Positions 9,632 to 17,703 of a stretch of 64,000 bases of DNA are shown here, piece by piece (the stretch's first letter is position 1; every line of letters begins with the position of its first letter). This DNA is from Dehalococcoidia bacterium (GTDB lineage Bacteria; Chloroflexota; Dehalococcoidia; UBA2979). The position numbers and the translations under genes are program-made. The stretch lies in NCBI GenBank assembly GCA_965262725.1, contig OZ253555.1, positions 2,016,001-2,080,000 on the forward strand. The letters run 5' to 3'. A model generated the notes under the pieces. The model worked only from the letters and a program-made list of their open reading frames with translations, was not told where the DNA came from and did not search any database.

Positions 9632-10744
9632 TCAGGCGGCCTGCCGCCGCTGGTCAGCGTGGGTGCGCAGCACCGCCCAGATGGCGGCGAGCAGCTCCCG
9701 CGCCACGGCCACGACGGCGACCTGCGACGGCTTGCCTCGCTCCTTGAGATGCCGGTAGCGCCGGGACATCCGGGAACCGGTCTTGTCGGCCATCGCGACC
9801 GCCCAGCCCGGCTGGCCCTCCCGCCGTCTGCGCAGCGGCGCCCCGACCCGGTACGGGCGGATGCTGTGCCACCCCGCCTCGACCAGCACGCGCCGGACGT
9901 GGGTGTTCCCCGTCTTCGTGATGCCGCCGCGCCGCGTCCGCGGGCCTGAGCTGTGCTCGCTCGCCACCAACCCCACGTACGCTGCCAGCTGGTCGGGGCT
10001 TCCGAATCGCGTGATGTCGCCGAGCTCGCCCAGGATCGTCATGGCGGTGACCGTGTCGATGCCGCGGAAGCAGCGGAGGAGTCCCGCCTCCGGCGCATAC
10101 TCCTCACTCGCGACGATGTCTGAGAGCCTCTCTTCCATCAGGCGGATGTGTTCATCCGCCATCTCCACGCGCTGCAGGTAGCCGTCGAATGCCGCCTGGT
10201 CGCCCACTTCCTCGAAGGAGAGCGAGCGCAGCCAGCACCGGTGCTCTCGGGTCCACGTAGACTTACCATAATGGTGGCCCGAGCGCAGCAGGAACCCCGA
10301 CAGTTGCACCTGGGCCGTCTTGCGGGCCGCAACGGCGTCCTCGCGCCCACGGGTGAGGTTGCGCACAGATTCCTGCCGCTCAGTCGGCTGGTGCACCTCG
10401 GTGAGCAGTCCCGCGCGCAAGAGATGCGCCAGGTTCCGCGCGTCGCGGCGGTCCGTCTTGACGCGGTCTCCCGGCTTTGTGGGGATCAGCGCCGGCGCGA
10501 TGACGCGGCAGTCGATCCCCTTCGCATCGAGAGTGCGCTTCAGCCCGAACCCGGTCGGGCCCGCCTCGTAGCAACAGACCACGGAATCCCCGGCCTCGCG
10601 GCGCAGTCGCCGCGCCAGCGCCGCCACGGACGTCGGCTCGTTGGCGAGCTGCCACTCTTCGGGCTTCTTCTCCCCGTGCAGAACGGAGACGTTGATCGTC
10701 CGCGCGTGCACGTCGAGGCCCACGTATAGCTTCGTCTGGTCCAT
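9632..10744 (-). CDS. IS110-family DEDD transposase/recombinase
   Basis: Motifs YVGLDVH, CYEAGPTG, KTDRRDA, GIDTVTA and SEHSSG. Confidence 0.95.
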   Translation of the reverse strand: MDQTKLYVGLDVHARTINVSVLHGEKKPEEWQLANEPTSVAALARRLRREAGDSVVCCYEAGPTGFGLKRTLDAKGIDCRVIAPALIPTKPGDRVKTDRRDARNLAHLLRAGLLTEVHQPTERQESVRNLTRGREDAVAARKTAQVQLSGFLLRSGHHYGKSTWTREHRCWLRSLSFEEVGDQAAFDGYLQRVEMADEHIRLMEERLSDIVASEEYAPEAGLLRCFRGIDTVTAMTILGELGDITRFGSPDQLAAYVGLVASEHSSGPRTRRGGITKTGNTHVRRVLVEAGWHSIRPYRVGAPLRRRREGQPGWAVAMADKTGSRMSRRYRHLKERGKPSQVAVVAVARELLAAIWAVLRTHADQRRQAA

Positions 10745-11305
10745 CTGGTCTGCCCCCTACCCCTTCCATGTTCCGGTCCGGTTCCGCTCCGATGTTGCAC
10801 TCGGAACAGAAACCGACACCGGTTCTCAAGGTGTCGAGGCATCCATAGGGTCTGGGAGGGCTCGGCCTTGTCCCTGCGTGTTGCCACGCCGGGACCGCAA
10901 CGGAAAGGGCGATTCCGTAATCCGTTGACGCACGAGGTCGAGCAATCAGATCCGGCCATAGTAGTGATGAGGGCGGCGAACAAAGAGGAGTAGACACCCT
11001 CGGCGGAGTCGACGGAGCGAAGGGCCGGACCGGAGGGGAAGCTGGCGAAGCCCGGCACTGGCGGGACACTGCGCCCGCGTTTGGTGTCACTCGGGCCACC
11101 CGGCTACGGCACCTCTTGGGTGCCGTCTGACCTGACGGAGGAGCCGTATGCGTTAACGCGCACGTACGGATCTGTCCGGGGGGCGGCCGGCAACGGCCGT
11201 CCCTACCGGAATTGCTCCCTGTGGCTGTGACGTGATTCGTTCAAAAACCATTGTCCCAGCTACAGCGGAGCACCCAACCGCAGACGCTCGCGCACTCTTC
11301 TTCGG

Positions 11306-13222
11306 TTCGCGGTAGGGATGCCGGTTGCCCGGCACCCCCCGCACAGATCCGGACGTGCCCTCTCGGGCATCCGGCTCCTACCTCAAGTGCGTGACGGCAA
11401 ATCGCTCCGCAGGCCACGGGTGAAGGATGGAGATTCGGGGCCAGTGTTTCTGGCACAGGGCAAGGATGCGCTCCCACGTGAAACGGTCGCGCTGCGACCG
11501 CCGTCGGAGAACGCGCAGCCAGAGCCGCTTCACGAAACGAACAAACTGCGTGAGCGCCGGCGAGCTGGTCGGCACCGCGTAGTAGCCAAGCCACCCACGC
11601 AGTACCCGCCCCAGCCACTGCCCCGTCGTCACGGGGTTGTCGTGCATGCGCCGCCACAACTCGGCCTTGATGGCCTTCAGCGTCCGGCGCATCCGCTTCG
11701 CAACGGGCTTGCGCCCCAGCCCGAATCTCCCGTCGCGTCGGGTCCGGCAGTAGTGCGTCATGCCGAGAAAGTCGAACGTCTCCGGTCGGCCCTCCCCGCG
11801 CTTCCGCCTGTTCGCCAGCGCGAACCTGCCGAACTCAAGTAGACGGGTCTTCTCCGGGTGCAGCTCCAGCCCGTAGGCCGCGAACCGCTCCCGGAGTGCC
11901 TCCATGAACCGCACCGCATCGCTGCGGTGCTGGAACCCCAGGACGAAGTCATCGGCATACCGCACGATGTACGCCTCGCCCCGGACCTCCCGCGGTCGCC
12001 ACTCGCGCGCAAACCAGTCGTCGAGCACGTTGTGCAGGTACACGTTCGCAAGCAGCGGCGATATCGGCGCCCCCTGCGGCATCCCCCGCACGAAATCGAC
12101 TTCCGGCTCCGCGTCCATGACGCCGACGCTCAGCCACTTTCGTATCAGGCGCAACACCCGCTGGTCCCCGATGCGCATCTCCAGAAACGACATCAGCCGC
12201 CCCCGGTCGATGCTGCCGAAGAACTCCCGGATGTCCACCTCGACAATCCAGCTGACCTTGCGCCGTTCGACCGCGTAGGCCAGTGCGTCCAGCGCGTCAT
12301 GCGCCGAACGCCCCGGCCTGAAGCCATGCGAGAAGCCGTAGTAGCCCGACTCGTAAATCGGGTTCAAAAGATTGTCCACCACCGCCCGCTGAACGATCTT
12401 GTCCTCCAGCGAGACGATACCGAGCGGCCGTATTCCCCCGTCCGGCTTGGGTATCTCTACCCGCCTGACGGGCTTCGCCCGGTACGCTCCACGGTGTACG
12501 CGGCCATGCAGGTCGAGCAATCGCTCGTCCAGCCCGTCCCCGTATTCTCGCCACCTCACCCCGTCCACGCCCGGAGCCGCATCCCGCTTCAACGCGAGAT
12601 ACGCCTCCCGCAGCGCCTCCGGCGTGATGTGGTGCAAGAGCGCGGTGAGTTTCTCTCCCGGCTTCCGTTCCACGAACTGCCGTATCCTCTCCGCTCCGGG
12701 TGACACCGCACCCCGACTCTGCGTCCGGACCGTGCCGGTGCTTTGAGGATTCCTCTCGGTTGGGGCCCTTTGCTCCAGCGACTCCGCCGGGGCTCGCGCC
12801 CCCTTGTTCGCCGCCTTCATCGCTCGTACGGCCCCATCAGACTGCTGCGCATCGTTCATCATCGGCTACGGTTTACGTCCCTTCCCGACGCGGTCCCGGC
12901 GTACGACTCGTCGGGACAACGCGCAGCTCTCCCAAGTCCCGGCGATAGACGTGTGTGCGTGCATGGGGTCTTCGACACCGTGGGGCCCGACCACGACTCG
13001 CCAGTAGCGCCGTCGCCGGTATTGCCTTCGACCAATCCAAGAGCCTCGGCACCCCAAATGGCCCTTTCGATGCTCATTAGCCCCGCCCGCACACCCCGCT
13101 GCCGACGCTTCACAAGCCGCCTCGCGACGACCCGCGCACGGCTCGCGGAATGACATGAGTGGCTAGCTCTTTGCCATAGAGGACTTCCACCTCCTGCCTA
13201 CTCGCCAGTTAGCCTGGCGCTC
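11306..13222 (-). ncRNA. group II intron encoding an RT (1917 nt), inserted 10 bp inside the IS1380 left end
   Basis: Starts GAGCG and ends ...CCCTACCGCGAA. DV is GAGCCGGATGCC...GGCACGTCCGGATC. EBS1 TGGATT pairs with exon GATCCA and EBS2 AGGGC pairs with GCCCT. Removal restores CCCTGATCCA-CCGAAGAAG. Confidence 0.92.
11378..12862 (-). CDS. ltrA: group II intron reverse transcriptase/maturase without an endonuclease domain (true start may be further downstream)
   Basis: Motifs APGVDG, IPKPDGGIRPLGI, GFRPGRSAHDAL, PQGAPISPLLAN, RYADD and FDFLG, plus an X domain (RGWLGYY). Confidence 0.95.
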   Translation of the reverse strand: MMNDAQQSDGAVRAMKAANKGARAPAESLEQRAPTERNPQSTGTVRTQSRGAVSPGAERIRQFVERKPGEKLTALLHHITPEALREAYLALKRDAAPGVDGVRWREYGDGLDERLLDLHGRVHRGAYRAKPVRRVEIPKPDGGIRPLGIVSLEDKIVQRAVVDNLLNPIYESGYYGFSHGFRPGRSAHDALDALAYAVERRKVSWIVEVDIREFFGSIDRGRLMSFLEMRIGDQRVLRLIRKWLSVGVMDAEPEVDFVRGMPQGAPISPLLANVYLHNVLDDWFAREWRPREVRGEAYIVRYADDFVLGFQHRSDAVRFMEALRERFAAYGLELHPEKTRLLEFGRFALANRRKRGEGRPETFDFLGMTHYCRTRRDGRFGLGRKPVAKRMRRTLKAIKAELWRRMHDNPVTTGQWLGRVLRGWLGYYAVPTSSPALTQFVRFVKRLWLRVLRRRSQRDRFTWERILALCQKHWPRISILHPWPAERFAVTHLR

Positions 13223-13237
13223 TGGATCAGGGCTTAT

Positions 13238-14896
13238 CCCTGATCCACCGAAGAAGAGTGCGCGAGCGGCTGGGGTTGGGTGCTCCGCTGTAGCTGGGAC
13301 AATGGTTTTTGACCGAATCACGTCACAGCCACAGGGAGCACCCATTCGATGCTAGCAACGAGCAGCCCCGACCGGATACACATCGCCTTCGACGACGACC
13401 GCCTCGTGGACCACGCGGGCCTGCTGCTCCCGGCCACGCTCGCTGGCCGGCTCGGCCTCCGTGAACTGGCAGACGCCCAGCTCGACCTCGGTGACGCAGC
13501 GGGGCGGGCGAACGTCGGCGACAAGCTGATGACTCTCATCGCCTCGGCGCTCGCGGGCGGCGACTGCATCGATGACGCCGATGCCATGCGCTCAGGCGGC
13601 GCCGGGCGCGTGCTCGGCTGCACCGTGAAGGCGCCGTCCACCCTCGGGACCTTCCTGCGCAGCTTCCGGTGGGGCCACGTCCGCCAGCTCGACCGCGTCA
13701 GCCGCGAGTTGCTGGCCCGCAGCTGGGCGGCCGGGGCGGGACCCGGCGCGGCGCCGTTCACGATCGACCTCGACTCGACGCTCTGCGAGACCTACGGCCT
13801 CGCCAAGGAGGGCGCCCGGCACCACGGCTACACGGGCGTGCGCGGCTATCACCCGCTGCTCGCGGTGGCGGCCGGGACGGGTGAGGTGCTGATGGCGCGG
13901 CTGCGCGGGGGCCGTGCCAACACCGCTCGGGGGGCCGCACACTTCCTGCGTGAGACGGTGGCGCGGGTGCGCGACGCCGGGGCCTCGGGGCAGCTCACGC
14001 TGCGCGCCGACAGCGGCTTCTACAGCCACGCTGTCGTCGCCGCCTGCCGCAAGCAGGATGTCCGCTTCTCCATCACCATTCGCCAGCAGCCGAACGTACG
14101 CCGGCTGATCGAGGCGATACCGGAAGAGGACTGGACGCCGATCCCGTACTGGCTGGCGGGCGGCGCCGCTGTCGCCGAGACGACCTACACGCCGTTCCAG
14201 CACACGGGGGACGCCACCGCGGTGCGGCTCATCGTGCGGCGCGTCACGCCGACGCCCGGCTCACAGCTCGCGCTCTTCGTGGACTACAGTTACCACGCCT
14301 TCATCACCAACCGCGCGGGGGAGATGATGGAGCTGGAGGCCGACCATCGCCGTCACGCCGAGATCGAGAACGCGATCCGCGACCTCAAGTACGGCGTCGG
14401 GTTGAACCATCTCCCCTCGGGCCGCTTCGCCGCGAACGCGGCGTGGCTCGCGGTGCAGGTGATCGCGCACAACCTCGCCCGCTGGACGGCGCGCCTCGGG
14501 CTCGGCGAGGGAATCATGACGACCAGGACGCTCAGGCGGCGCTACTTCTCTCTCGCCGGACGGCTCACCCGCTCTGCCCGGCGGTGGACTCTGCACCTCC
14601 CGAAGCGCTGGCCCTGGGCAGAGCAGCTGGCAGCCGCGCTCGCGCGACTACGGGCGATACCGCTCCCGGCCTGACGCTCGCTCACAGCGCCGACCCGGGT
14701 CCGAGGCTCGCGCCAGCATGCCCGCGCACGCCTCGCGCACCCTCGCGCCCGCACCCTCAGCGCCCACGAGCGGTGCTGAGCGACGGCTTCTGGCTCCGGC
14801 CCGCCCCCGGCGCCGCCCGGCGAACGCCGGCACGCCCGCCGAACTCTCCGGCAGCCCGGCACCCCGCCTCGTCAAGCTTCGATCGGTGGATTCGAG
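13238..14896 (+). mobile_element. IS1380-family element, copy B (intact, 1659 bp)
   Basis: Ends CCCTGATCCACCGA and TCGGTGGATTCGAG. Flanked by CTTAT at 13233-13237 and 14897-14901. Confidence 0.93.
13349..14674 (+). CDS. IS1380-family DDE transposase
   Basis: Near-identical to 3208-4533. Confidence 0.95.
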   Translation: MLATSSPDRIHIAFDDDRLVDHAGLLLPATLAGRLGLRELADAQLDLGDAAGRANVGDKLMTLIASALAGGDCIDDADAMRSGGAGRVLGCTVKAPSTLGTFLRSFRWGHVRQLDRVSRELLARSWAAGAGPGAAPFTIDLDSTLCETYGLAKEGARHHGYTGVRGYHPLLAVAAGTGEVLMARLRGGRANTARGAAHFLRETVARVRDAGASGQLTLRADSGFYSHAVVAACRKQDVRFSITIRQQPNVRRLIEAIPEEDWTPIPYWLAGGAAVAETTYTPFQHTGDATAVRLIVRRVTPTPGSQLALFVDYSYHAFITNRAGEMMELEADHRRHAEIENAIRDLKYGVGLNHLPSGRFAANAAWLAVQVIAHNLARWTARLGLGEGIMTTRTLRRRYFSLAGRLTRSARRWTLHLPKRWPWAEQLAAALARLRAIPLPA

Positions 14897-15149
14897 CTTA
14901 TGCGGCACCCCGCTTCCGTCGGGTGTTCGCCCACTCAATGATGCTCGTCACCTTGAGACGCTCGACCAGCCCGCACTTGCTCTCCGCCTTGATGCCGCAT
15001 TCTGCGGGTTCGACGGTAGGCGGCGACCTTCGGCGCCTTCGTCACCGGCCACGAGACCGACTAGGTGAGCGTGGCGGCGGGCGCTACGCCGGACCACGAG
15101 ACGAAGAGCTCGTGCGCCGGCCGGGTGCATTGGGCGGTGCACGGGGACC

Positions 15150-15380
15150 CCGCGCTGCCACCGTCACCATCAAAGTGACCGATGTCGGGGCTGCCAGGCA
15201 CGACGCGTCGACGCTCGCCCGCGCCCCGGTCAGCGAGCCGACCGCTCCGGCCCTCGACGTGGCCTGGACCGCCGCCGCCAACGGCGGCGCGACCATCACC
15301 GGCTACAACGCCCAGTGCCGCAAGAAGGCCGCCCAGGTGAGGACCCTGCAGCGTGGATGGCCTATGCCCGCACCGACTCC
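15150..15380 (+). pseudogene. degraded fibronectin-III-like surface protein remnant
   Basis: VTIKVTDV...LDVAWTAAANGGATITGYNAQCRKK, followed by a frameshift and with no clean start. Confidence 0.5.
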
Positions 15381-15575
15381 AACGACCAGCCAGCCAGTTG
15401 CCCGCGACGAGCATTAGCATCACCCTCGCCACCCGAGCGTCCGGCGCCACCTGCGAGGTGCAGGTGCGCGGGGTCAGAAGCGAAGAGGGTGATGGGCCGC
15501 CAGCTCCGAACGGCCTATAGAGACGGCGGCCCGGCGGCCGTTTTCATCAAAGGCTGAAGGCACGGGAGTAAGCGC

Positions 15576-16901
15576 ATGGTGGGGGAGCTCAAGATCTGGG
15601 CCCTGGGCGATGGCGCCGGGGTGGAAGTCGTCGAGAGCGTGACCGTGGGGCTGGAGGATCGTCTTGAGGAGACGCTGGTGCGGCGTCCCGAGATGCTCGA
15701 GCCCGGGCTTCACCTCGTCGGACGCCAGACACCGACCGAGGGCGGCCCGCTGGACCTGCTGGGCGTCGATGAGGACGGCCGGCTGGTCGTCTTCGAACTG
15801 AAGCGGGAGAAGCTGACCCGCGAGGCGGTGACGCAGTGCATCGACTACGCCTCGGCACTGAATGTCAGGGCGCCCGACCAGCTCGCGGACCTCATCTCGG
15901 AGCACTCGGGTAGCGGAGGCGTCGAAAAGATCGATAATTTCGAGGAGTGGTACCTGGAGCGTTTCGCGGAGAAAGAACTCAGCGATCTGTTGCCGCCGCG
16001 GCTCGTGCTCGTGGGACTCGGCGTGGATGCACGGGCGGAGCGGATGGCGCGGTTCCTCTCGGAGGGCGGCATCGGCATCTCCATGCTGACGTTCTTCGGC
16101 TTTGAGCACTCGGGAGAGACGCTGCTCGCGCGGCAGGTCGAGGTTGAGCGGGAGGAGGCCGTTCCATCCGGGCCGCGACCCCGCCGGAGTGCGGCCGAGC
16201 GCCGCGTGGCACTCGAGGACAGGCTGGACGAGAGGGATTTGACCGACCTATTCGCAGAGATCGCCGACGTGCTCCGTCGCGCACTCCCCGAGTCCTCCCA
16301 GCGAATCGGCGCGTGGGGAATGAGCTTCCGACTGCCTTCCGGGGAAGGCCGGAGCCGCTTCTGCCACCTCTGGGTACAGGAGGGAGGCGGGGCAAGAATT
16401 CAGTGGTTTGCGAACTCGCAGCACTACGACGCCGATGCACTCAACGCCCTTGGGCAGGAGGCCGAACGGCTCGGCTGGCTGCCCGAGCGGAGCGGCTTTG
16501 CCCTCGACATCGCCGGCGATGAGGAGTGGCAGCACGTGCGCGAGGGCCTTACCGGCTTCGTCACGACCGCCCTGGAATCCTGGAATCCCGCGCCAGAGAG
16601 GGGGACCGGAACCTTCCAGGAGCGGGTGCGGTCCTATGTCCGAGAGGTTCCGACTGGCAAGGTGGTGACGTACGGACAGGTGGCGCAGGAAGCGGGTTCT
16701 CCCGGTGCGGCGCAGTCGGCGGGGAACATCATGCGCGCCCTTCCCGATGAGACCGACATCCCGTGGCATCGCATCGTCGACGCAGCGGGGCGGCTCGCCG
16801 CGGATGAGGTGCAGGAGCAGCGCAGGAGGCTCGGTGACGAGGGCGTCGGCGTCGGAGAGGATGGATCCGTCGACCTCGAAGCGCACCGGTGGCGCGGGTA
16901 A
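15576..16901 (+). CDS. NucS/EndoMS-like PD-(D/E)XK nuclease fused to a C-terminal alkyltransferase-like (ATL) domain
   Basis: N-terminus LEDRLE...LDLLGVDEDGRLVVFELKR...Q..DY. C-terminus VPTGKVVTYGQVA...PWHRIV, with Trp in place of the catalytic Cys. Confidence 0.85.
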   Translation: MVGELKIWALGDGAGVEVVESVTVGLEDRLEETLVRRPEMLEPGLHLVGRQTPTEGGPLDLLGVDEDGRLVVFELKREKLTREAVTQCIDYASALNVRAPDQLADLISEHSGSGGVEKIDNFEEWYLERFAEKELSDLLPPRLVLVGLGVDARAERMARFLSEGGIGISMLTFFGFEHSGETLLARQVEVEREEAVPSGPRPRRSAAERRVALEDRLDERDLTDLFAEIADVLRRALPESSQRIGAWGMSFRLPSGEGRSRFCHLWVQEGGGARIQWFANSQHYDADALNALGQEAERLGWLPERSGFALDIAGDEEWQHVREGLTGFVTTALESWNPAPERGTGTFQERVRSYVREVPTGKVVTYGQVAQEAGSPGAAQSAGNIMRALPDETDIPWHRIVDAAGRLAADEVQEQRRRLGDEGVGVGEDGSVDLEAHRWRG

Positions 16902-17179
16902 CATTCCGGCCGGACGGCTCCCGGCGACGACCGCGGGGTCGGGGGATCGGCCGCCGGCGATCGCCGGTCGTGCTTGCGGCGCGGGCCGGTGGATACGGTG
17001 ACGGGGCGGCGGACGCGGCGAGGCATCCGCGACGGAAGGGAGATTGCCTGCATGGCTGACGTGGAGGTCTTGGGGATCGACGGCGACACCACGAGGCGCG
17101 CGAGTCGCTCGGGACGGCTCACGAGAAGGGAAGTGGTGGATGCAGGGCGTGAAGACCAGCCTCGGGCGTCTGGACTGAA

Positions 17180-17443
17180 GTGACGCGCGCCGACGGGAGC
17201 GCCGACCAGGACGCCACAGCCCTGCTTGCCGACGCGGTCGCTGCCGGCCTGTTTGTCCTGAGCCCATGGGACCGTCAGCGGTTCCTGGTGGCGTTCGATC
17301 AGAGCGTGGCAGCAGTCCTGCGGCAGTCTCGGGCAACCGGCGGCGGTATTCCTCCGGAGCTTGAGGCGTCGGTGACACAGCTCACCGGTTCGATCCACTT
17401 CCATCTGGCTCGTCTTGAGTCCGAGATTGGCCAGATCCGATGA
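17180..17443 (+). CDS. hypothetical protein
   Basis: 87-aa ORF with plausible composition and no recognisable motif. Confidence 0.35.
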   Translation: MTRADGSADQDATALLADAVAAGLFVLSPWDRQRFLVAFDQSVAAVLRQSRATGGGIPPELEASVTQLTGSIHFHLARLESEIGQIR

Positions 17444-17703
17444 CGACTACGGCGAGGACCCTCTCCAGCAGTCGACCGCCGGCGTAGCGCTCGTCGTCGC
17501 CCGGGTGATGCTGTTCGCCAGCGAGTCCGGACTTAACATGGGCGCCCCTGATCATGGGGCACAGTGCGACGAAGACTCGCGACAGTGCGGATTGGTACTT
17601 CCGAGCCCGGCCCTTGCTGCTGAGTGCTTGTGCGGATGCGACTCGCGCGAGCCAGCTGGACGAGAGCATCCTGGTCTGTCGCGAGGGTTGAGGCGAGGAA
17701 CGC

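Larger units (their letters stand above)
4836..10853 (-). mobile_element. IS110-family (IS1111-type) element inserted in intron domain I
   Basis: CT core on both sides (4834-4835, 10852-10853). 13-bp subterminal inverted repeats TATGGATGCCTCG (4838-4850) and CGAGGCATCCATA (10835-10847). Long non-coding region 3' of the transposase. Removal restores CCGGGACCTGGGAGGG. Confidence 0.9.
4542..11212 (+). ncRNA. ORF-less group II intron (about 653 nt: 4542-4835 plus 10854-11212), interrupted by an IS110 element
   Basis: 5' GTGCG. DV GAGCCGTATGCG...CGCACGTACGGATC near 11141-11172, followed by DVI ending ...CCCTACCGGAAT. Removal restores IS1380 exactly. EBS1 CCCATT (4730-4735) pairs with exon AATGGG, and EBS2 GATGC pairs with GCATC. 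Confidence 0.9.
2986..13232 (-). mobile_element. IS1380-family element, copy A (1659 bp once the nested introns are removed)
   Basis: Pieces 13232-13223, 11305-11213 and 4541-2986 are colinear with intact copy B and sum to the same 1659 bp. Flanked by CTTAT at 2981-2985 and 13233-13237. Confidence 0.92.

Noticed and set aside
9204-12862. Diversity-generating retroelement (RT plus a diverged repeat pair, 9204-9337 and 10087-10220)
   Set aside because: The mismatches involve all four bases rather than only adenines, and the RT lies inside a complete group II intron.
2986-14896. A single composite transposon bounded by inverted IS1380 copies with a CTTAT duplication
   Set aside because: A third CTTAT at 13233-13237 and the displaced left end of copy A show two abutting insertions, with all cargo nested inside copy A.
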